DNA from: Candidatus Azambacteria bacterium
GTDB lineage: Bacteria; Patescibacteriota; Minisyncoccia; UBA10092
NCBI GenBank assembly: GCA_016213445.1
Contig: JACRAJ010000002.1
Location: 36,780 to 100,779 of the forward strand
Reading direction: 5' to 3'
DNA: 64,000 nucleotides
Below, piece by piece: positions 57,362 through 64,000 of this stretch (position 1 is its first letter; every line of letters begins with the position of its first letter). The notes under the pieces were generated by a model. That model was given only the letters and a program-made list of their open reading frames with translations. It did no database searches and was not told where the DNA came from. The position numbers were made by a program, and so were the translations under genes.

Positions 57362-58357
57362 TTATCCTATAACTTCCGGCTTGTAATCCGCCGGAGCTTT
57401 CGCCAAATATTCTTCCAATTCTTTCCGTGTCAGAAGGCCGGCTTGCGATCCGATTTTTTGAACCACCGACATTGGATTTATCGGCGCCCACATCATTGCT
57501 TCGCGAACGCTCTTGCCCAAGGCGATCGCCACGGTAAAAGTTGAAGAAAAAGCGTCGCCCGCGCCGGTTCGCTGAAGCGGCGGTTTGGGATCGGGATACG
57601 GACGCATAAACAAAATTTCTTTGCCGTCGTAGGAATACGCGCCGTTGACACCGTCGGTAATCACGGCGGTTTTAGGCCCCAAATTTGAAACTTCTTTAAG
57701 AAGCTTTCTAATGTCTTCCTCTTTCGTTCCCAAAATCCTTTGCGATTCCTCCTTGTTGCAAAAAAATAAATCGCTTCTTTTATATATGCCTTCAAGAACC
57801 TTCCACCCCAATTCCATTTGGAAAGTGCCCGGCTGAAAAGCCAGCTTTATTTCATCATGTTCTTCGAAATATTTTTCCAGTTCCTGGTGAAAAGGCAAAG
57901 ATTGTCTGCCGAGCGAAGACAAATAGACCCACCTGGGGCTGTCAAAATCGTAAAGTTTATAATCATAATTTTCGTGTTTCACCAGTATTGTTCTGTCGTC
58001 TTTGTACCACAAAACATAATGGAGGTTTGTTTTTTTGCTTTTTCTGATTGCGATAAGCTGTGTTTCCACCTCTTCCTGTTGAAGAGCTTTTATGCATTCA
58101 AGGCCGTTTAAGTCGTCTCCCAAATTCGTCATCAGAGCGCTTTTTAAACCGAGCCGCGCGGCGGCAACCGCGGCATTGGACGCATTGCCCACCGCCGGAA
58201 CATAAATCGATTCCTCATATGGCACTTTATCGGCGAAACTAAGGCATATTTTAAGGTGTTCGCCTTTTTTATCGGCATGAACGTCCGCCTGTTCTACACG
58301 GATAAAATTATCAACCGTAATGTCGCCTATTCCCAAAAAATCATAATTGAATTTCAT
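57362..58357 (-). CDS. PfkB-family carbohydrate kinase
   Basis: GNASNAAVAAARLG, NKEE, TGAGDAF. Confidence 0.92.
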   Translation of the reverse strand: MKFNYDFLGIGDITVDNFIRVEQADVHADKKGEHLKICLSFADKVPYEESIYVPAVGNASNAAVAAARLGLKSALMTNLGDDLNGLECIKALQQEEVETQLIAIRKSKKTNLHYVLWYKDDRTILVKHENYDYKLYDFDSPRWVYLSSLGRQSLPFHQELEKYFEEHDEIKLAFQPGTFQMELGWKVLEGIYKRSDLFFCNKEESQRILGTKEEDIRKLLKEVSNLGPKTAVITDGVNGAYSYDGKEILFMRPYPDPKPPLQRTGAGDAFSSTFTVAIALGKSVREAMMWAPINPMSVVQKIGSQAGLLTRKELEEYLAKAPADYKPEVIG

Positions 58358-58362
58358 AAAAT

Positions 58363-59364
58363 TTATTTAGACTTTCTTTTAATAACTTTTTTAACCGCTT
58401 CTTTAATGCTTTTTGAGCCCATGCCGAAAGCTTCGATAAGTTCATCGGTCTCGCCGGATTTTCCAAACCGATCGCGAATGCCGATAAATTCCTGCGGCGC
58501 CGGAAAATTTTGCGACAGCGCTTCCGCCACCGCCGATCCCAAACCGCCGGCGATTTGGTGTTCTTCAACCGACACAACCGCTTTTGTTTTTTTAACCGAA
58601 TTCAATATCGTTTCAACATCCAGCGGCTTCACGGTGTGGCTGTTTATCACCGCGACTTCGATTCCTTCTTTTGACAATTCTTCCGCCGCGACGAGCGCGT
58701 TGTATAAAAGCATTCCGCAACCGACTATCGTCGCGTCATTTCCTTCTCTTAAAACTATCGCCTTTCCGATTTGGAAAGGGGTTTTTTCCGTGGTGAATAT
58801 CGGCGATTTTTCCCTTCCGAAACGAAGGTAGGCCGGACCGGCACAGCAATCGGAAATCGCAATCGTCGCCTTCCTCGTTTCAATGGCATCGCACGGCACT
58901 ACAACGGTCATATTCGGCTGAACGCGCATTAAAGCGATATCCTCAAGCGCCTGATGCGTGGCGCCATCCGGCCCGACGGAAACCCCGGCATGAGCGCCGG
59001 CTATTTTTACCGGCAAAATACTCAAACTGATAGTTGTTCTTATTTGTTCGTTGTTTCTTCCCGGACTGAATACGGCATAAGAGGATATGAAAGGAATTTT
59101 TCCATAATTGGCCAATCCCGACGCAATCGCCGCCAAATTCTGCTCGGCGACGCCGATTTCAATATACCTGTCGGGAAATTTTTCCTTAAACCAGTGCGAA
59201 CGCGTCGACTCGGCGAGATCGGCGCAAAGCACAACCACTCTTTCGTCCTTTTCTCCCAAATCAACCAAACCTTTTCCATAGCCGTCGCGAGTCGGCGCTT
59301 TTTCCGCTTTTGACAAATCTTCAATTAGAAATGCATCTTTATTTATATTCATATTATTTTTCAT
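58363..59364 (-). CDS. Transketolase C-terminal subunit
   Basis: GVAEQN, GPDGATHQALED, VEEHQIAGGLGS. Confidence 0.95.
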   Translation of the reverse strand: MKNNMNINKDAFLIEDLSKAEKAPTRDGYGKGLVDLGEKDERVVVLCADLAESTRSHWFKEKFPDRYIEIGVAEQNLAAIASGLANYGKIPFISSYAVFSPGRNNEQIRTTISLSILPVKIAGAHAGVSVGPDGATHQALEDIALMRVQPNMTVVVPCDAIETRKATIAISDCCAGPAYLRFGREKSPIFTTEKTPFQIGKAIVLREGNDATIVGCGMLLYNALVAAEELSKEGIEVAVINSHTVKPLDVETILNSVKKTKAVVSVEEHQIAGGLGSAVAEALSQNFPAPQEFIGIRDRFGKSGETDELIEAFGMGSKSIKEAVKKVIKRKSK

Positions 59365-60224
59365 TCATGTTCCGATTTAATTTTTCCTCCTAGGGTTCGC
59401 AATTCTCTTAAAAACTTTTCGCCTTCTTCGGGCTTCGGCGGCTTGCCGTGCCAGTCATAATCAAATTCAATTTCCGGAATGCCTTTGCCCGGAATCGTGT
59501 GCGCGATTATCACCGTCGGTTTTTCAAAAATCGCTTTTGTTTCCTCAATCGCGTCGACAAATTCTTCAATGTTATGGCCGTCAACGTCAATCACATGCCA
59601 ATTGAACGCTTCGTATTTGGCGCGCAACGGTTCAAGCGGCATCACGTCTTCCGTAAATCCGTTTATTTGAATATTATTGCGATCAATAATGCCCGTTAAA
59701 TTGTGCAATTTGTTTTTTCCGGCAAACATCGCCGATTCCCACAAATTGCCCGTTTCGTGCTCGCCGTCCGACATCGCGCAATAAACCCGGAATTTTTTAC
59801 CGTCCATTCTGGCGCCGTAAGCAATCCCCGCCGCCTGCCCCAAACCCGAGCCCAACGGACCAGAGGTGGTTTCAACGCCCGGCAACGCGCTTCTTTCCGG
59901 GTGCCCCTGAAGCCGCGAACCGAATTTTCTCAAAGTTTTCAATTCTTCGACGGGAAAATATCCGGCATGGGCCATCGCCGCATAGCGAACGGGACAAATA
60001 TGGCCGTTGGATAAAATCAATCGGTCGCGATCGGGCCAATCCGGATTTTTCGGGTCGTGATTTAAAATATGAAAATAAAACGCGGTGAAAATATCCGCCA
60101 TTCCCAAAGATCCCGCGGTGTGGCCGGAACCGGCCTCAACCAGCATTTCAATAACAGATTGGCGAATCTTGTTCGCCATCACTTCCAGTTCTTTTACCTT
60201 CTTATCGTGGATGTATTCAGACAT
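59361..60224 (-). CDS. Transketolase N-terminal subunit
   Basis: GSGHTAGS, RDRLILSNGH, LQGHP, SDGE..TG.LWE. Confidence 0.95.
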   Translation of the reverse strand: MSEYIHDKKVKELEVMANKIRQSVIEMLVEAGSGHTAGSLGMADIFTAFYFHILNHDPKNPDWPDRDRLILSNGHICPVRYAAMAHAGYFPVEELKTLRKFGSRLQGHPERSALPGVETTSGPLGSGLGQAAGIAYGARMDGKKFRVYCAMSDGEHETGNLWESAMFAGKNKLHNLTGIIDRNNIQINGFTEDVMPLEPLRAKYEAFNWHVIDVDGHNIEEFVDAIEETKAIFEKPTVIIAHTIPGKGIPEIEFDYDWHGKPPKPEEGEKFLRELRTLGGKIKSEHE

Positions 60225-60336
60225 GCTATAAAATAAAAAATTCAAATCTTGATTAAATTTTTCTAATATTTGTTCTTACGCTTTCATAAGCTTCGGAAAA
60301 TTATTTATATTGGTTTGGAATGTACAGCATAAAATA

Positions 60337-61002
60337 TTATCTGATTTTCTCTTTCAACTCTTTAATCGCCTTGCCGATATCCGGAGATTTTAAAATTCCC
60401 GAACCGACAACAAAAATATCAACGCCGGCGTTTTTTAATTCTTCAATATTGGCGATTCTTACTCCGCCATCCGCCTCAATTTTAACATTCGGAAAATTTT
60501 GGCGCAATGATTTTATCTTCTCCAAAACTTCCGGAATAAATTCTTGGCCGCCGCGCCCCGGATGGACTCCCAGAAATACAACCGTATCGACGGCGTTTAT
60601 CCACGGCTCTATCATCATATTGGGCGTTTCGGGATTAAGCGCCAAACCGACTTGAATTTCTTTTTCGCGGCAAACATCCAAAAGCTCGGCCATATTTTCA
60701 ATCGCCTCGATATGAACGATAATTCTTTTGGGACCAAGCCGAGCCCATTCGCCGATCGTTTCTTCCGGCCTGTTTATCATTAAATGGAATTCAACATTGG
60801 CTTTCTCGGTAAAATATTTCAAATCTCCCAAATCGACAATGGTTTTTGTCGGCACAAACTTTCCGTCGGTGATGTCGATCTGAACCCAATCGCCGAATTC
60901 GCCCAAAAACGGCTCAAATTTTTCGAACTTGGCCTTCAGCTCTTCGAAATCATTTTTCAAATCCTCATTGGAAGTTATCAAAGCCGGAATTATTTGAGTC
61001 AT
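60337..61002 (-). CDS. rpe: Ribulose-phosphate 3-epimerase
   Basis: DITDGKFVP, HLM, LNPETP, V.PG.GGQ, ADGG, VVGS. Confidence 0.92.
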   Translation of the reverse strand: MTQIIPALITSNEDLKNDFEELKAKFEKFEPFLGEFGDWVQIDITDGKFVPTKTIVDLGDLKYFTEKANVEFHLMINRPEETIGEWARLGPKRIIVHIEAIENMAELLDVCREKEIQVGLALNPETPNMMIEPWINAVDTVVFLGVHPGRGGQEFIPEVLEKIKSLRQNFPNVKIEADGGVRIANIEELKNAGVDIFVVGSGILKSPDIGKAIKELKEKIR

Positions 61003-61130
61003 GTTTTTATAGAATTAAACATTTTTATTTTAAAATAATCATCGATATACCTAAACCCAATCCCATTGATTTTTCTTTTCTAAAACAACTCCGCATTCAC
61101 TTTCTCGATTTTTTCATTTTTCCCATTTCC

Positions 61131-61273
61131 CTAAAACCAATCCATTGCTTTTCCTCGCGCACTCGCCTCGCCAGCGCGAGGCTCATTGTCCGATGAAAGC
61201 GTTTTGCTCCGCTACGCGGAGACCATGCCAAAACGCTTTCATAAGCTTCGGAAAAGCAATCGGATTGTTTTTA
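61131..61273. mobile_element. Non-autonomous hairpin element, copy 2
   Basis: Core attgtccgatgaaagcg...cgctttcataagcttcg identical to copy 1; different ~24-bp terminal IR. Confidence 0.7.
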
Positions 61274-61312
61274 GAATTAAATTTTAATTCACAAAGAATC
61301 AAATCTGATTTT

Positions 61313-62653
61313 TTAATTTTGAGATCTTAATATTTTACTCAACTCTTCGCGGACAACAATCCTGTCGTCCCAAGGAATATGCTTTTCACCGACGATCATT
61401 GATTGCTCCGCGCCTTTGCCTGCTATTAATACTACATCATTTTTGCCGGCCAGTGAAAGCGCCTTGGCAATTCCCTTTCGGCGATCTTCGATTGCGAATA
61501 AATTTTCATTTTTTGTTTTACCGAATTTTTCCGCCGTTTTCGCGATTTCCTCGCAAAGTTCTTTCGGATTTTCTTCATAAGGATCGGTGCTGGTTATTAT
61601 CAAAAAGTTGGCCATTTTGGCGGCGACTTCGGCCAGATCGTATCTTTTAGCCTTATCCCTTCCGCCTCCTTCGGAGCCGAAAAGAACAACAACTTTGCCC
61701 GCCCGTTCGGACGATTTTCCTTCTTCTCCAATCAACTCGCGCGCCGCGACCAAAGCCGCGGTCATGCTCTGCTTTTCATGGGCATAATCGACAAAAACCA
61801 AAAAATCCTGCCCCTCGTCGATTTTTTCCATACGCCCGGGAATCACTTTCAAACTTCTTAAGCCATCCGCGATTTTATCGCGCGAAATCCCGAAAACGGA
61901 ACCGACAATTATCGCCGGCAAAGCGTTATACGCGTTGTATCTCCCAAAAATGTTCAAAACATATTTATACGAATCAATATAGAATTCCAAGCCCGCCGGA
62001 ATGTTTTTGATATTGCGCGCCATAAAATCTCCGCCGCTCAACCCGAACGTTATTTTTTTGTCGGCCCCAAAATTAAGATAATAATCTTTGTGGGAATTGT
62101 CATAATTGGCAATGATTATTTTTTCTATTTTTCTGCCGCCGATTATTTTATAGCCGCCATTCGCCAAAGCGGCGAACAATTTTCCTTTGGCCGCTTTATA
62201 TTCTTCAAATCCGCCATGCGATTCCAAATGTTCCGGCGACAAATTCGTAAAAATCGCGATATCGTAAACGATTCCATAATGCCGCCACTGCTTTATTCCC
62301 TGGGAAGTCGTTTCCACGACGCAATATCCGCAGCCGGCGGCAACCATTTCTTTTAAAAATTTCTGCAAAACAAATCTTCCCGGCATCGTCATATGGTATT
62401 TGTTCAAAATTTCAACGTCGCCGATTCTTATATTTGCCGTTCCGACGAGGCCCGTTTTATAGCCGGCCGAATTTAAAACCGACCAAATAAAATTCGCGGT
62501 TGAAGTTTTTCCTTTGGTGCCGGTAATGCCGATAACCACCATTTTTTTCGACGGCCGGCCGTAATAAAAGGCCGCGCAAACAGCCAAACAAAAATGGTAA
62601 AAAGAAATGAATTTTTCGGGAATAAAATATTTAATTTTAGATTTTAACCCCAT
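61313..62653 (-). CDS. murE: UDP-MurNAc-dipeptide amino acid ligase MurE
   Basis: GITGTKGKT, FTNLSPEHL, PGRME, VDYAH, IAGKG. Confidence 0.93.
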   Translation of the reverse strand: MGLKSKIKYFIPEKFISFYHFCLAVCAAFYYGRPSKKMVVIGITGTKGKTSTANFIWSVLNSAGYKTGLVGTANIRIGDVEILNKYHMTMPGRFVLQKFLKEMVAAGCGYCVVETTSQGIKQWRHYGIVYDIAIFTNLSPEHLESHGGFEEYKAAKGKLFAALANGGYKIIGGRKIEKIIIANYDNSHKDYYLNFGADKKITFGLSGGDFMARNIKNIPAGLEFYIDSYKYVLNIFGRYNAYNALPAIIVGSVFGISRDKIADGLRSLKVIPGRMEKIDEGQDFLVFVDYAHEKQSMTAALVAARELIGEEGKSSERAGKVVVLFGSEGGGRDKAKRYDLAEVAAKMANFLIITSTDPYEENPKELCEEIAKTAEKFGKTKNENLFAIEDRRKGIAKALSLAGKNDVVLIAGKGAEQSMIVGEKHIPWDDRIVVREELSKILRSQN

Positions 62654-63729
62654 AATCTTTTTTTAAAATCATATAACCGATACCAAAAAGTTTTTAACAC
62701 CAAATCCCAAGAATCGGAATATTCGAAAAGCCGGCCCCCGAATCCTTTTTTGAATCTTGTAATTCCTTCAAATTCTTTATAATCATCGCCGGCGGCGACG
62801 CCTCCGAAATTATAAATCTTGCAGCTGCGATTTTTGGCTTCCGCAATCCCCCGCCAGTGCGCCAAGTGCGGCGCCATCAGATTTTTAAATTCATCATTTG
62901 AGCCGCCGAATACAAAATAAGCGACATCGCCGAAAATCAAAATAAAATTTATCGCAATAATTTTTTCGTTGTATTTGGCCGCGGCCAAAAAAGCGTTTTT
63001 ATTTTTTTCGCAATTTAAAAAAACATTTTTATAATAACTTTTCGAATGAAGCGAAAAACCGCCCCTTTCGGAAGTTTTGGAAAGCAAATCATAAAAAATT
63101 TCAAAATACCGTTCGAAATTATCGCTGATGATTTCAACCGTCGCGCCCCTGCTTTCCGCCAGGCGGATATTGTATCGGCACTTGGATTGCATGTCGGCCA
63201 GCAATTCCTCTCCGGATTTTTCAATATCCAAAAGCCATTCGTACTTCGGCTGAAAATATGCGGCTTTATAAGCATAAGCCGGAACTTTGCGGAAATAAAA
63301 ATCAAACCCAGCAGAAGCGCTTGGATTGCCTGCGGCATTTAGGCGCCCCGCAAGCTTGCGGGGCGCCTTATCCAAGTCCTCTATCGAGTCAAATTTGGCA
63401 AAAACCGCGTTTTCTTCTTCAGCAATTTGAACGAGTTTCTCTCTGAATGCGCCGATAAAGTTTTTATTGACGCCTTCTTCTTCGCCAAAATTTTTAATGA
63501 CAGGACCATGCGGAATATAAAGAAAATTATACGATAAAAGCAGAGGATATTTTATAACCTGAAAAAAACCAAACGTTTCGGAATTTTTTTTTATTTCGAA
63601 TCTTCTAACCTTTCGCCCCGCCGTTTCCTGCCATTCGCCGTAAAACCACGCCTGTGTAAACGGCGCCTGCCTTGAAATGAGCAATGGATCATATTCGGTT
63701 TTATCGTTTATCTCCCGAATTTCGAACAT
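62644..63729 (-). CDS. FemABX-family peptidoglycan peptidyltransferase
   Basis: FTQAW.YGE, Y.PHGP, RYNIRLA, GITRFKKGFGG. Confidence 0.88.
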   Translation of the reverse strand: MFEIREINDKTEYDPLLISRQAPFTQAWFYGEWQETAGRKVRRFEIKKNSETFGFFQVIKYPLLLSYNFLYIPHGPVIKNFGEEEGVNKNFIGAFREKLVQIAEEENAVFAKFDSIEDLDKAPRKLAGRLNAAGNPSASAGFDFYFRKVPAYAYKAAYFQPKYEWLLDIEKSGEELLADMQSKCRYNIRLAESRGATVEIISDNFERYFEIFYDLLSKTSERGGFSLHSKSYYKNVFLNCEKNKNAFLAAAKYNEKIIAINFILIFGDVAYFVFGGSNDEFKNLMAPHLAHWRGIAEAKNRSCKIYNFGGVAAGDDYKEFEGITRFKKGFGGRLFEYSDSWDLVLKTFWYRLYDFKKRLWG

Positions 63730-63764
63730 ATTCTTATTTTAAACTTTTCCCATATTAAAAACAA

Positions 63765-63797
63765 AAAATCAACCCCGCAATTGCGGGGTTGATTTTT
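63765..63797. terminator. Terminator/palindrome
   Basis: aaaaatcaaccccgcaattgcggggttgattttt. Confidence 0.75.
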
Positions 63798-63801
63798 CAG
63801 A

Positions 63802-64000
63802 TTAATAGCGACCTTCTCGTCTCGGGCGCTCTTCCATCGGGCGCGCTTCGTTTACCGTAAGCGCGCGACCGTCGAGCTCTTTGCCATTGAACATTTCAAT
63901 CGCTTTCTGCGCTTCTTCGTCGGTGGACATTTCCACAAAACCGAAACCTTTTGAACGACCGGTCATTTTATCTTTTATGATAATCGCCGAGTCAACGTTT
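63802..64000 (-). CDS. RRM (RNP-1) RNA-binding protein, 5'-truncated by window
   Basis: ..DKMTGRSKGFGFVEM...AQKAIEMFNGKELDGRALTVNEARP.. Confidence 0.92.
   Translation of the reverse strand, partial: NVDSAIIIKDKMTGRSKGFGFVEMSTDEEAQKAIEMFNGKELDGRALTVNEARPMEERPRREGRY

Noticed and set aside
977..63446. Numerous short antisense or alternate-frame ORFs in the track
   Set aside because: Shadow ORFs of well-supported genes with no motifs

Overview
Core chromosomal region of a reduced-genome Patescibacteria (CPR; Parcubacteria-like) bacterium. The assignment is inferred from gene content, truncated HrcA/DnaJ/RF1/EF-Ts and rare Shine-Dalgarno sites; translation follows code 11. Most genes are on the minus strand and are housekeeping: secDF/secA, hpf, iscS, rmuC, ftsEX, hrcA-grpE-dnaK-dnaJ, cysS, dnaB, recR, mraZ-rsmH-ftsL-ftsI-ddl, murF/murE/femX, ribosomal proteins, a pentose-phosphate/glycolysis operon and 8 tRNAs. 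No CRISPR array, rRNA, transposase or prophage was seen. The unusual signal is mostly non-coding. (1) A complete tRNA-Lys, flanked by its own inverted repeats, is nested in the variable loop of a second tRNA-Lys. (2) A small promoter/terminator-bounded RNA upstream of hpf has two ends that match, in permuted order, the apex of a long hairpin in the hpf leader. (3) A ~330-nt structured transcription unit upstream of hrcA carries a 26-aa ORF whose RBS can be sequestered. (4) A ~140-bp dispersed element has copy-specific ~24-bp terminal stems, and one copy appears split around three genes. (5) REP-like palindromes and heptanucleotide repeats are inserted in-frame into essential proteins. All calls come from reading the sequence; no database searches were run.
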